DNA of 64,000 nt from the human T2T-CHM13v2.0 reference genome, Homo sapiens (GCF_009914755.1 NC_060930.1); one strand, 5' to 3'. Shown: positions 33,200 to 46,744, numbered from the stretch's first letter. Numbers and translations are program-made. Notes: a model not told the origin generated them from the sequence alone.

Positions 33200-33450
33200 T
33201 TGTATATTTATTTTTCCACTGATTGAAACCTATAATTTGGAAGTATTGATTACTGAACATCAACCAATAGGGTAAAGGTTAAATAAATGTTGTTATATCA
33301 CTAAAATGGAAAGCTACGGAGACTTAGAAAAATGACATTGTATTTACACTGACATGAAAATATGTCTGTGATATATTGTCAAATGAAAGAAATTTAATTG
33401 TTTTATGACATATATGATCCCATTTGATTAAAAAAACACTTATACAATTG
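33200..33450 (+). mobile_element. L1ME-like 3' fragment
   Basis: CATCAACCAATAGGG..GGTTAAATAAAT..CTGACATGAAAA..TATGATCCCATTT pattern. Confidence 0.55.
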
Positions 33451-33539
33451 TTATAATATGGAAACTACAAGGGCATGTGAGGACACTAGTAATTCAGGCT
33501 TTTGTTTTGTTTTATTTTGTTTTTGGTAGTCAGTTAAGT

Positions 33540-34380
33540 CTTTCCAGAACATATCTAAGCCAAGATGTAAAAGATAGATAGGAGGTAAAATGATGAAGTT
33601 AAGACAAGGTAGGGAAAGTATTCTAGGAAGACATAAAAAAGGAATATATTTGAATATTTGAGAAATCAAAAGAAGTCCAAAGACAGACTACAGAATATAA
33701 GCAAGCAGTTTAAAAGTTGAGCCTCAATGTAAACACGAGGAAGATTGTGGAGTATAAATCCTGTTAAAGATTTAGGCTCTTATTCTAAGAAGCTCTGAAG
33801 GGATTTTTCAAGCAGAGAAGTGACATAATCAAACACAAGTCAGAAATATCGTTGTGCCTGCTACCTAGACAATAGATTGGAAAAGCAAGATTGGAAAAAT
33901 GGAGAACGTTTTTGAAGAATTTGTAATAATCTAGCCAAGAGACAGTTCTGACCTATATTAAAATATCACCACTAGTGTGAGGGTAAATTGCTTTAATTTA
34001 TGAACTATTTAGGAGACAGAACTATAAGCCATTCACTGAGACAGGAAACACGGAAGGAGGAGAGGTTTTTCAGGAGCAGCAGAGGAATTAAGCTTAGTAC
34101 ACTGAGATTGAAGTGCCCATAGCACATGATCATGGAAATGGGCAGTGGACAAATGGAAAGACGAATGTAAACTCAGGACAGGCCACTTAACTGGTTGCAT
34201 TTATTTGAGATTATGAGCATGTGGATTGCAGTGGGAACCTGAGCTCACACAGGGAGAAAGTAAAGTGATAAGAGTAGAACCTCACTAGGTTACTGAAGAA
34301 TAGCAACTTTTGGAGGCCTAGACAAAGAAAGAACTTACCTAAAAAGAATGGAAGCCCAAAGAATAAACCAGGAGGTTACA
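33540..34380 (-). mobile_element. L2 fragment
   Basis: GAAGGGATTTTTCAAGCAGAGAAGTGACATAATC and neighbouring antisense L2 motifs. Confidence 0.65.
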
Positions 34381-35019
34381 TAATCAAAATGAATTAACAC
34401 TTTGGTCTTCTTTAGCAATTAGTCCTAGCCAACTATGGAACTGGATGCATCATGAGGTCATTAGTTCTCTAGGCATTGGAAAACTTCGAGAGAAATTCTA
34501 TGCTTAATCTTCTGGAATATCACAAAAAATATTTTTATACTGAGCAATAGTTTAGGCTTAATGTCCTCAATGGGATTTTTTGTCTTTTTATAGCTTTTGC
34601 TGAAACCCTATAATACTAAATCACATTGTAGAGTTTATGAGAATGACAGATCCCTATTGTAGCCTTTCCAATCAGCTCTCTTAAAAAGATCACAAAGGTC
34701 AGATCTCAAGTAAATGGTTCATCTCAGGCTAGCCCTGTTCCATGAACCCAGTGTTTTCATACAACCTGCAGGCAGGAGAACATAAAAAACTTTCACAGAA
34801 AAAAAATATTTATCTGGCATTAGTCCAAACCTATTTCTACTTGCTTGTTCTAACCTACCACATATTACTTGCATCTTCCCTAATTCTCCAACCCTCTGTT
34901 TTCTTCAGTAATTTGGGTCCTAATATTTTCTGCCATTGGTTGGTGATTAATAGACATGCTTTCCTGGCTGATCTTTGGTATTATTCTCTTTCTTGAATAT
35001 GATCTCTTTAGCTTACCTC

Positions 35020-35920
35020 TATTATTAGTTAATGCAACACAAACTACTATAAGAAATAAACTCCTGAAATTTTAGAGGCTTAACCTCAAATAAGTTTGTC
35101 CCTTGCTCAGTCAGGTGGCTTACTTCAGCATGGTGACACACAGACTCAGGTTCTTTCCACTGTGTTGCTCTGTTATCCTCTAGGGACACAGAGATCTCTA
35201 CAACCCACTACAAGGAGGGCAAAGGGAGTAATAACTCTACACTAAACAAGGATGAACATGGAATTTCTGGCACAGCCAAATGAATTTTGTACAAACTCCA
35301 CCAGAAAAAAAAATATGTATGCATTTATAGACCAATTCTCACCATCCATTGGTTGAAGTCTCCTGGGACTTCAACTAATTCTGTCTGATGCCCAGCCTGC
35401 CATAGGTGTGGGCACAAATGTCTTTATCTTCATGCAAAGAAATGTAGATGCTGGTAGCTAGAAATCAAGGACAACGTGCTTTAAATGGTTTATTTCCGTG
35501 GACTACAAGTGGAATATTGCCACTAACTGCTGCAGCAGCTTATCATTTTCACTAATAATTTCTATAGGTTAATGCTAACTGCTAGCATATAAACTATATC
35601 AGTGGCTTAACACAATGAAGTTTATTGACTTATATAAAGAAGCAATATAGTGCTTCTAGTTGGTGGGCAGCTTTCCTCCATTTCTTGGTTTCAGAGAATG
35701 ATACTCCTACCATCTTTCGGCACAACTATCTTACAGTGCTTTGAATACTCTGCATTCAAGAAGTGGAAAAGGAAAGAAAGTATGTAGTGAGAACCTTCAT
35801 GGGGTTCAGAAGTGACCCACATCATTTTTGTTTACATTTCATTGTGAAGCACCTGTTACATGGCACCACATAGTAACAATAGGATCTGAGAAATGTAGTC
35901 TGAGGCTGAGCAGTTGCTCT
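35020..35920 (-). mobile_element. Old MaLR LTR fragments (MLT1J/K-like, probably two)
   Basis: AGAGGCTTAAC../CAGTGGCTTAACACAATGAAGTTTATT and GAGAAATGTAGTCT motifs. Confidence 0.5.
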
Positions 35921-37964
35921 CCAGAAATGAGTCAGAGATATGGGATGCCAAGCCTTGAAACTCACATGTAAAAGAAACTTCTACTTTGAATGCTGTGACA
36001 AAGGACTACCAGAAAAGCCCACATAGAATTGAATTGGATCCAAGTTTGTCCTGAACCGTTTGAGCACAATAACCTTGAACTCTAGGCACAGTATAACTCT
36101 TGATGCAACTGGGACTCCTCCACAAAAGAAATCAAAATAGCTATGCAAACACATTTTTCAAAGTTGTGTGAATGAGCATTGCTCTGCATACTCGCTCTAA
36201 ACCTTGAAGCAGAATATTATACACAGAACTGAATTTCCATATGTGGAAACTGTAAAATTGTTATTTGCAAGTCATGTTCATTTGTATACCAGAAACCTGC
36301 CAACAATGCACCCAAAATTCATTTGTAGCTGCTATTTATAGCAATATCAGCATTCAAGTTTTATGTAAAAATAGCAAAGTGAAGCTACTGGTATAATAGT
36401 AGCTATAACATCTTTACTCATTCATACATGAATGTTTATTTGCTCCTTGTAGAAATATATATTAGGATCTATATTTAATATTAGACAGAAAAAAGCTGTG
36501 AGGAGACATAAGAAAAAGGCCAAGGTCAAATATCTATATTTGCCAATATGTCAACAAAAGTAGAGAGACTTGCATGCTCAGATGCCACTTCTTTTCTAAC
36601 CATTACCATAACCATAACCACAACCATATCCATAACTTCTCAGTGAGCTAAAGTCTACCTAGAAATTGGCCATGCTATATAACCTGGGAGCACCTCAAAT
36701 ACAGAGCTTGGTAAACAATTCCCAAACAGTTCACATAAAGGGCTAAGGAACTGTTTGTTCACCTACGTAATTTTGGAATAAATTCTAGATAATTGTTTTT
36801 TTTGTCCAGACGTTTCCTTTCTTAAGTCAACTATACTTTTATAATTAGAAAGAGAGTTGAGAGAAATTTCTGGTTTTAGCTTTAATACGTAAAGATCTTG
36901 AAAGCTGTCACTCTCACTCATCCTTACAGCAACAACAACAACAACAAAAACTAGAAAATCTAAAAATCAATAACTTTAGTTTAACCCCTCAGAGATCTAA
37001 GGTTCCAGGACAAATTGCTGCCTCAAAATTTGAAGAGGAATGTGCATCCAAGAGAAATACAAGACTGAAATACACTTCTCTAGAACAGGAGCTACTACAG
37101 CCATAAGCTAGTCAGAACATTTCAATGGTAAATTTGACAAATTGCTGAATGTGGACTAAGGTGAAAATGAGAAACTCCTGGGGGTCCAGTCTTAAGAGAG
37201 TCTCACATTTTCCTAGGTTTTCCCTCATAAGGGAAACTTCTAAGCTTCTCACGGGGAGGATCTGAAAAAGACTGTGAGCTATACGAGGAGCCTTCTCCAT
37301 AACCAAGGCCTACTCTCCAGAGAAAAGGACATCGCCATAGCACAATTCTGAAACTTTATCCTAGCTGGGAGAAGAAAATTAAGTACCCACTTTGCCCCAC
37401 TCCAGATGATTCTCATTTGAGGGGTAAGACTAAAAAGTAGTAAACAGGAGATAGGGCTTCAGGGGAATATATTTATTAGGAACAGTGCAGTAGGAAAAAA
37501 GAGAAAAACACCACACCACTGGAAGAGGGATAGAAATTGTTATGTAGGCTACAGCTCGGTGACACAGGCGCACTAAAAGACTGAGTCTTAATTACAACAT
37601 AGAATGCCCCTCCCACCACGCTATGGTCATACTAACTATGCTCCAGTTTAATAACACTGGACTGGCTGAAAGAGCTGCAAAGCACAGACTCTCTCCTAGA
37701 GCAATGCATAGGAAAACTCCAAAGCTAAAAGGGAAGACAAAAACAAAGACACTAAAGGAGTTTTAAGCCTCTAGTATCTACAGCTACAATAAACATTAAA
37801 CACAGCTTAAATCCTAACCAAATTAACATAAACTGTCACATTAAATGCCTATTTACCTTAGTTACTATTACCCAATGCAGCATATCCAAATTCAACAAAA
37901 AATTACAAGTTATGCCAAAAGGCAAGAAAAAACAACCTGAAAAGACAAAGCAAGCACTAGATAA

Positions 37965-40480
37965 GGAAGGCAGAGCAAGATGGTGGAATAGAAGCCTACA
38001 CAGTTCATCCCTGCTGTAGGAACACCAAATGTTAACAACTATTGCACACAGAAAAGCACTGTCACAAGAACCAAAAATTAGGTTGAACAATCAACATACA
38101 AAAATCAGTAGCATTTCTACATGCCAACAGTGGGCAATCTGAAAAGGAAATCAAAACAGTAATACCATTTACAATAGCTGTAAATAAAATAAAATACCTA
38201 GGAATAAACTTAACCAAAGAAATGAAATATCTCTGTAATGAAAACTGTAAATACTGATGAATGAAGTTGAAGAGAACTCAAAAATCGGAAAGATATTTCA
38301 TGTTCAATTGACTGGAAGAATCAATTTTATTAAAATATCTGTAGTACCCAATCTTATTAAAACGTCCATACAGATTCAACACAATTGCTGTCATAATGCC
38401 AATGACATTCTTTACAGAAATAGAAAAAAAATGGTTCTAAAATCTATATGGAACCACAATAGGCCCAGAATAACCAAAGCTATTCTGAGCAAAAAGAACA
38501 AAACTGGAGGAATCACATTACTTGTCTTCAAATTATACTACAGAACTACAGCAATCAAAACAGCATGGTACTGGCACAAAAACAGACACATAGACCAATG
38601 GAGCAGAATAGAGAACCCAAAAACAAATCCACTCACCTACAGTGAACTCATTTTCGACAATAGTGCCAAGAACATACATTGGAAAAAGACATTCTCTTCA
38701 ATAAATAGTGCTGGGAAAACTGGATATGCAAATGCAGTAGAATGAAACTAGACACCTATCTCTCACCATATACAAAAATCAAATCAGAATTAATTAAAGA
38801 CTTAAACCTAAGACCTCAAACTCTGAAACTACTACAAGAAAACATTGGGGAAACTCTCCAGGACATTAGTCTGGGCAAAAATTTGACTAATACCCTATTA
38901 GCACAGGCAACCAAAGCAAAGAGGGACAAATGGGATCACATCTAGTTAAAAAGCTTATGCAGAGGAAAAGAAACAATCAACAAAGTGAAGAGACAACCCA
39001 CAGAATAAGAGAAAATATTTGCAAACTACCCATCTGACTAAGGACTAATGACCAGAATATATAAGGAGCTCAAACAACTCTATAGGAAGAAACATCTAAC
39101 AATCCACTTTATTATGGGGAGATGATTTGAACAGACATTTCTCAAAAGAAGACATACAGATGGCAAACTGGCATATGAAAAGGTGCTTAACATCACTGAT
39201 CATCAGAGAAATGCAAATCAAAACTACTATGAGATATCATTTCATCCAAGTTAAAATGGCTTTTATCCAAAAGACAGCTGTATTATTCCATTTTCATGCT
39301 GCTGATAAAGACCTACCCAAGACTGGGAAGAAAAAGAGGTTTAATTGGACTTACAGTTTCACATGGTTGGGGAGGCCTCAGAATCATGGCGGGAGGCAAA
39401 AGGCACTTCTTACATGGCAACAGCAAGAAAGAATGAAAGAGAAGCCAAAGTGGAAACCCCTGATAAACCCATCAGATCTTGTGAGCCTTATTCACTATCA
39501 TGAGAATAGCACGGAAAAGACCAGCCCCCATGATTCAATTACCTCCCCCTGGGTCCCTCCCACAACACATGGGAATTCTGGGAGCTACAATTTAAGTTGA
39601 GATTCGGGTGGAGACACAACCAAACCATATCAACAGACAGTAACAAATGCTGATGAGGATATGGAGAAAAGGGAACTCTTGTACACTGTTGGAAGGAACG
39701 TAAGTTAGTAAACCACAGTGGAAAACAGTTTGGAGATTCCTCAAAAAACTAAAAATTGAGCTACCATATGAATATGATCCACCAATCCCACTGCTAGATA
39801 TATACTCAAAGGAAATCAATATATCAAAGAGATATCTGCATTCCTATGCTTGTTGCAGCACTGTTCACAGTAGCCAAGATTTGGGAGCAACCTAATTGTA
39901 CATCAACAGATGAATGGATAAAGAAAATGTGGTACATATACACAATGAAGTACTATTCAGCGATAACAAAGAATGAGATCCTGTCTTTTGCCACAACATA
40001 GATGGAATTGGTGGTTGTTATGTTAAGTGAAATAAGCTAGACACAAAAAGACAAACGTTGCATGTTCTCATTTATTGTGGGGTCTAAAAATCAAACCAAT
40101 TGAACTCATGGAGATAGACAGTAGAAGGAAGGTTATCACAGGCCGGGGGTGGCAGCTAGGGAGAGTGGAGGGGAGATGGGGATGGTTAATGGGTACAAAA
40201 AAATTAGAAAGAAGAAGAACTAGTATTTGATAGCACAACAGAGTGACTATAGTCAATAATAATTTAATTGTACATTTAAAAATAACCGAAATAGTATCAT
40301 TGGATTCTTTGTAACATAAAGAATAAATGTTTGAGAGGAGGGATACCCCAGTTTTCATTATGTGATTATTATGTATTGCATGCTTACATCAATATCTCAC
40401 GTAACCCATAAATACATACATTTACTATGTACCCACAACATTTAAAAATAAACAACTTAAGAATAAATAGATAAATAAAT
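37965..40480 (+). mobile_element. L1MA2/3-like element: 5' tip fused directly to mid-ORF2, then 3' UTR
   Basis: GGCAGAGCAAGATGGTGGAATAGAAG 5' end; ORF2 peptides [15 protein letters not shown] and [10 protein letters not shown]; L1MA 3' UTR GATAGCACAACAGAGTGACTATAGTC..GTACCCACAA. Confidence 0.85.
39279..39632 (-). mobile_element. THE1A solo LTR
   Basis: GGGAAGAAAAAGAGGTTTAATTGGACTTACAG..GGCGGGAGGC..CCAAACCATATCA; 5-bp TSD ACAGC/ACAGA. Confidence 0.92.
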
Positions 40481-40640
40481 TCAAGTAAAAGATAAATATT
40501 GGAATTATCAGAGAGGGAATTTAAAATAACTATATTTAATATGTTAAGGGCTCTAATGGAAAAAGTAGACAAGATTCAGGAATAAATAGGTAACATAAGC
40601 AGAGAGATAAAAAAATCTAAAGAATAATCAAAAAGAAATA

Positions 40641-41920
40641 CAGGCATATCTTGGAGATACTGTGGGTTCAGCTCTAGACCACCATAATAAAGTAAATATC
40701 ACAATAGAGTGAGTCACATGAATATTTTGGTTTCTCAGTACATATAAAAGTTACATTTACATTATACTGTACTCTATTCAGTGTGCAATAAGAATTATGT
40801 CCACAAAAAGTACTTTAATTTAAAAAGACTTTATTGTAAAAAAAAAACACACACACTTTATTGCTAAAAATGCTAATGATCATCTGAGCCTTCAGCAAGT
40901 CATAATCTTTTTGCTGGTGGAGGTCTTGCCTCCATACTGATGGTTGCTGACTGATCAATGTGGTAGTTGCTAAAAGTTCGGGTAGCTGTGGCAATGTCTT
41001 AAAATAAGACAACAGTAATGTTTTACATGTTGATTGACTCTTCCTCTAAGGAAAGATTTCTCTGTAGCATGTGATGTTGTTTAATAGCATTTTACTCGTC
41101 GTAGAACTTCTTTCAAAATTGGAGTCAATTCTCTCAAATCCTTCTACTGCTTTATCAACTAAGTTTATGTAATATTCTAAATTCTTTGTTGTCATTCCAA
41201 TACCGTTCACAGCATCTTGAGTAGATTCTATCTCAAGAACACACTTTCTTTGCTCATCTATAAGAAGCAATTCCTCCTCCTTTCAAGTTTTATCATAAGA
41301 TTACAATAACTGACTCTTAACTTCAGGCTCCACCTCTACTTCTAGCTCTCTTGCTATTTTCACATCTGTAATGACTTTCTCCACTGAAGTATTGAATCTC
41401 TCAAAGTCATCCATGAAGATTAGAATCAACTTTTTCCAAACTCTTCTTAAGGTAGACCTCTTGCCCCAGGAGGTGACCCCTCCTCTCACTTGAACACTTA
41501 GAGGCCATTATACAGTATTAGTTGGCCTAATTTCCGTATTGTTGTGTCTCAAGAAATAGTGAGGCCGAGCAGAGGGAAAAAGATGGGGAATCTTTCTGGT
41601 GGGACAGTTAGAAAGCATACGTTATTGATCAAGTTCACTGTCTTACATAGATGTGCTTTTTGGTGTCCCAGAACATTTTACAATAGCAACATCAAAGATC
41701 TTTGATCACAGATTATCCTAACACATATAATGATAATGACAAATTTTGAAATATTGAGAGAATTACCAAAATGTGACACAGATGAAGTGAGCACATGCTG
41801 TTGGAAAACTGACACCAATAAACTGGCTCAACACAGAGTTACTAAAATACTTCAATCTGTAAACAATGCAATAACTGCTAAGTACAATAAATTGAAGCAC
41901 AATAAGATAAAGTATGCCTG
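40641..41920 (-). mobile_element. Tigger1 DNA transposon, internally deleted
   Basis: TIRs CAGGCATATC.../...AGTATGCCTG with TA on both sides; transposase C-terminal peptide [24 protein letters not shown] (ORF 41046-41270). Confidence 0.93.
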
Positions 41921-42869
41921 TACTAGAAATTTAAAACACAATAGCAGAAATGAAATGTACCTTTGACAGACACATAAGGAGATTTAACACAGCTGAGGAA
42001 AGAATTAATGAACTTGAAAATAGGTCAATAAAAACTTCCTAAATTGAAATGCAGAGAGAAAGAATAAATCAATAAACAATAATACAACATCCATTCAACA
42101 AATGCAGGACAATATTAAAAGGTATAATATATGCATCTTTGAAATGCCATTCAAGAGGAAAGAATGAAGAATCTGAGAAGTTTTAAAAACTAATGATGGA
42201 CACAAAACCACAGATTCAAGAAGCTCTAAGACACAAACCAGGGTGTCTACCAAAAATAAATAAATAAAATATCCCCCCCCCCCAAACACACACTGAATCA
42301 AAAAATTAAAGAAAAAAAAGAGGACAGCAAGAGGAAAAAATAGCTCTTACCCATAGAGGAACAAAGGTAGGAATTAAAATAGTCTTCTCACCAGTAACCA
42401 TATAAACAAGAAAAAAATGGAAATAAATATTTAATGTATTGAGAGGAAGGAACCAACTTAGAATTCCATATCCATCAAAATTATCCTTTAATGGAAAAGA
42501 AAAAATACAGACTGAGGGAATTCATTGCCAGAAGGCCTACTTTGAAAAAAAAAAGTTAACAGAAATTCTAATTAGAAAAAAACATCATTGGTTATAAAAC
42601 ACAGATCTTCAAAAAATAAATAAATAAATAAAGTCAGAGCATTACAGAGGGAACGACAAAAGGTAAAATAAAATCTTTTATTTTTATAAGTTTAATTTGT
42701 CTAAAATATAACTATTTGTTTAAAGCAAAAATAGTAACAATATACTTATTCAACAACTGTAGCATCCACGCCACAAGAGGTGAGAAAGAATTGGAAATAT
42801 TCTGTATTAAGGTACCTGTACTACATATAAAACAGTGTAATGTTATATAAAAGTAAACTTAGATAAATG

Positions 42870-43200
42870 AAGAGCAGAGAATTTTAAGGGAGGTGAAACT
42901 ATTCTGTATGAAATTTTAATGGTGGACACATGTCATTATGCATTTGTGAAAAGCTATAGAACTATACAACCCAAAGAGTGAGACTTAGTGGGTCTCACTC
43001 TTTGGGTTGTACATGTGGACTACAGTTAATGACAACATATCTATATTGGTTCCTTAGTTATAAAAAATATATCACATTTATGTAAAATATTAGGAGAAAA
43101 TGTGTATGAGGGGAAGGAGAATATAGGAATTCGGTTTAATTTCTGATCAATTTTCTGTAAACCTAAAACTGCCCTAAAAATAAATTCTAATTAAAAAAAA
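42870..43200 (+). mobile_element. L1MC-like 3' end
   Basis: GTGAAACTATTCTGTATGA..ATGGTGGACACATGTCATTAT..TGTAAACCTAAAACTGC. Confidence 0.78.
42965..43011. repeat. Perfect inverted repeat: 20-bp stem, 7-nt loop
   Basis: TACAACCCAAAGAGTGAGAC-TTAGTGG-GTCTCACTCTTTGGGTTGTA. Confidence 0.98.
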
Positions 43201-43279
43201 CACACACTATGAATAGAAAGAAATTCCTTAACTTCATAAAAGGTATATATGGAAAACCTACAGTTAACTTTATACATCT

Positions 43280-44145
43280 TGTAATATTCCAGAAAGTAAG
43301 AAGCATTCCAAAAACAAGGAGATAGGAGTCAGAGTCAGAGGACAGAAACAGAAGAGTCAAGTAAAAGAGCTCCCACTGGCCAAAGCTGGAATGATTGAAA
43401 CAACAAAATTAAATAGTATTAGATATATAACCTAGGTTATAAGCTCTATAAGTCAATACTGGTAGAAATAAAATATTGAATAAATAAGTAGATGGGAATA
43501 GACAAGTTTCCTGTGAAGAAAAATTCTAAATCATTTTTGTAGATATTTCACCAAGAAGGTGAAATATAACTTTCTACTCCTGAAGTGTGAACACAAACTC
43601 TATCTCAGCCATACAACTGTGGTTAGCATCAACAGTGAAAAGTCAGGTTGACAGCACGACTTGAAACAAAGTAATGAGAAGACATCTTTGGCCTTCCTCC
43701 CAAAAACCCATAACCCCGCACACTAGTTATGAGAAAGACATCAGACAAATCTCAATTGAGGAACATGCTACAAAATTCCTGAGTAGCAGTCCTCAAAACT
43801 ATCAAGATCTTCAAAAGCAAGGAAAGTTTAAGAAACTGCCACAGTCCAGTGGAGTCTAAGGAAACATGAGGACTAAATGTAATTTGGTACCCCAGGTGGG
43901 ATCCTGGGACAGGAGATGAATACTAGACAAAAACTAAGAAAGCTGGACAAAGTATGCATTTGGGTTAATAATATATCAATATTGGTTCATTAGATATGAC
44001 AAATGTACTCTACTAATATGAGGTGTTAAAAATAAGGTGTTAACAACTGGATATAAAGATAGATGAGAGTTCTCTATACCATTTTCACAAATTTTCTGTA
44101 AATCAAAGACTATTCTAAAACAAAAAGCTTATTTAAAAAAATAAA
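43280..44145 (+). mobile_element. L1MC/L1MD-like 3' UTR
   Basis: GAGCTCCCACTGGCCAAAGCTGGA; CTCCCAAAAACCCATAACCC; GACTAAATGTAAT..GGATCCTGG; A-rich end. Confidence 0.72.
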
Positions 44146-44654
44146 ATGACCTTAATTGGTAATATCTTCACCAAAAAATATCTAGAAAGCTAAAAGTCAA
44201 TATTTAGCCCTGGGTTAGAAACCATTAGACACAGTTAGAATTCAAAATAATAGCTATTTTTTAGAATCTTGCTATAATATGTATGTAACTTATGAAATAA
44301 AAGATTTTTCTACTAACAGTATCTACTTCATTATGTTGACATTTGTGAAGGGTGAGTTGCAAAAAAGTGAGTTGCACTCTGACAGATACAACCATGCTTT
44401 ATGCTTGCATGAAAGAAGAACATAGCACTGGCTTTCTGGATAAATGTGGGCTCCCTGGGCCTAGCCTTACCATCAGCCTGTGCTCTCTGAATCCTTCAGA
44501 TGAATTCCTGTTTCTTCTTTCAGGCATCACACCTGACCTGTGATCTCTGAACAAATGACCACCACCTACACTGGACACTTCATGGAGAATAACTTTGTTA
44601 ATTAATACAATATTTATTGAATGAATAGGAGTAAGAAATCAGCAACAGTTGTTC

Positions 44655-45135
44655 TTACTTTATTATGTTTTTATCTATTTATTTTATATTTTATTTTATT
44701 TTATTTTTTATTTTGTGACAAGGTCTCATTCTGTGCTCAGGCTGGGGTGCAGAGGCATCATTACAGTTCACTGCAGCCTCAACCTCCAAGGCTCAAGCCA
44801 TCCTCCCATCACAGCATCCCTAGTAGCTGAGACTGTAGGCATGCACCATCATACTCAGCTAATTTTTCTTTCTCTTTGTTTCTTTCTCTCTTTTTTCTTT
44901 TTCTTTCTTTCTTTCTTTCTTTTTCTTTCTTTTTCTTCTTTCTTTCTTTTTTTTTCTCTCTCTCTCTCACTCTCTTTCTCTCTCTTTCTTTCTTCTTATT
45001 CTTTCTTTTTTTTTGTAGAGACAGGTTTTACCACGTTGCCCATGCTCATCTCAAACTGCTGGACTCAAGTGATCCACCCACCTCAGCCTACTCCAAAAAT
45101 GCTGGGATTACAGGCATGAGCCCCTATACCCAGAC
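44655..45135 (-). mobile_element. AluJ with linker expanded into a (CTTT)n/(CT)n microsatellite
   Basis: CACTGCAGCCTCAACCTCC..GCTCAAG J-type right arm, left arm and T-rich tail; pyrimidine tract about 44863-45014. Confidence 0.93.
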
Positions 45136-45879
45136 ATATATTTATAATAATTAAAATCTTAGCAAAGAAATTCCACTGGGAAAAAATATATAACAACTTA
45201 AAGAAGACCTTATAATTGAAAGCTATCATTCCATTGTCATACCTTATTCCAGCCCTACTTTCCAGTAGGAACCATGTCTAATTCATATATGTGTTTTTCT
45301 TTTTAGTTATTGTGGTAGGGAATATGCATTTTATCTCAGAAACAAATTTTTCAAGGGATCTCTAGGCTAAGGCACAGCACTAGAGAGTGTGCATTCTGAA
45401 GGCCAGGGTCTGCACACAGATAGTCCAGGGAATGCCCACCAAAGCCTCACTGTTTATCCCACCCTCTAGCTCAGTCCCACAGAGCCGGCTGTCTGTAGGA
45501 CCCCCCAAAAGGAGGCAGGAGATGAGCACTCAGGGTTATCCAGATTTTGTCTCACCGATCTGCCACTTACTTAGCTCAAATTTAATCATGGATCATTATA
45601 CTCCTTCCTTTACATATACTCTCAACTACCTTGTCTTCTCCAGCCTAAAGTCCTGATTAGAATCAACTATTCACCTACTGCAACTCCACAGCTAGGTGCA
45701 GTTGTAGAAAACAGAAAACTCTATCTACTGTTCTCACTCAATTCATTACCATTTCCCTCAGATGGACCCACAATGCTGCTAGGCCATCACACAACATTTC
45801 CCTGGGTCATGTGCCTGCTGCTCTCTAAAGACGACATTTTTCAAACTTTAACTTCCTCTTCAAACACTCAATATTTTCA

Positions 45880-46515
45880 CCACTATCTTAACCAAGATTC
45901 TACAGAAAACAGAACTGGAGGGAACAGCTTACATTACAGTGCTAATGTTTTATTGAGTATTAAAATCTTGGGAAGCAAAAATGAGAGGAAAGGCAAGGGA
46001 AGCAAATGTACCAGGCATGGCTACAGCTTTGTGACAAGCATAGTGGATTGATTATGCTGAATTGCCAAGGAAGGAAGGGAGGAGAATTTATGGGCTGGCT
46101 CCCTTCTCCCTTGGAATATTCCTTACAGGACATTAACTCCCCTGTACTTCCAGGTTGCACCCTTAGTTCCTCCAGCAGCCCATGGGGAATGCAATCCAAT
46201 ACTGCATTAGCACATCCAGAGTATGTGTCACAGCAGGATGAACTAGTGCACATGTAAGGACATCAAGCTGATCCCACGGTGTCTTCTTCCTGAATACCAA
46301 GGGGAAAGCATAGGATCAGTAATGAGAGGCTCTTGGGGTAGGTGTGAGGTATGGACTTATCATATTGGGTCATCATGTCAAACTGTGAGCTGCAGCATTG
46401 GCAGCAATTGCAATGACCTTGGAAACAATGAACCTCCTTGCTAGGGCTGCTTAGGCCAGAGAGACAGAAAAAACATGGATCTGGAGGCGGCCCATATACC
46501 AAGTTCTGTACAATC
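45880..46515 (-). mobile_element. Old ERVL-class solo LTR (LTR16/LTR33-like)
   Basis: CAAGATTCTACAGAAAACAGA..GTTTTATTGAG..CTTGGGAAGC start and GGATCTGGAG..GTACA end resemble these families. Confidence 0.4.
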
Positions 46516-46744
46516 ACCTTTACTGTCAGTTTGTGTTCCTGCTGGACAGTTCACTGAGAAAATTGAAGGAAGCAAAAAGGAACATCTTTAAGATCCCTCC
46601 TCCACAGTTGCCAACCTACTAACATCTGTGCCTGTAAACTGCCTCCCTTTCTGTTACAATGAATAGAATGTTTGAGCTCCCAGCTAAGGTCACCCTCTCA
46701 TTGTTCAGAAGATTTCATTTTATCTCCTTCCTCAAGGACATTTC

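Larger units (their letters stand above)
36860..42860 (+). mobile_element. Old L1M 5' UTR/ORF1 host, interrupted by L1MA, THE1A and Tigger1
   Basis: ORF1-like pieces on both sides of the inserts (TTGGAATTATCAGA..GAATTTAAAATAACTAT; GAATTAATGAACTTGAAAATAGGTCAATA; TTAGAATTCCATATCCA..AAATTATCCTT). Confidence 0.7.

Noticed and set aside
39127-39600. 157-aa ORF that looks like a novel fusion protein
   Set aside because: Chance read-through from L1MA ORF2 into antisense THE1A; non-ATG start
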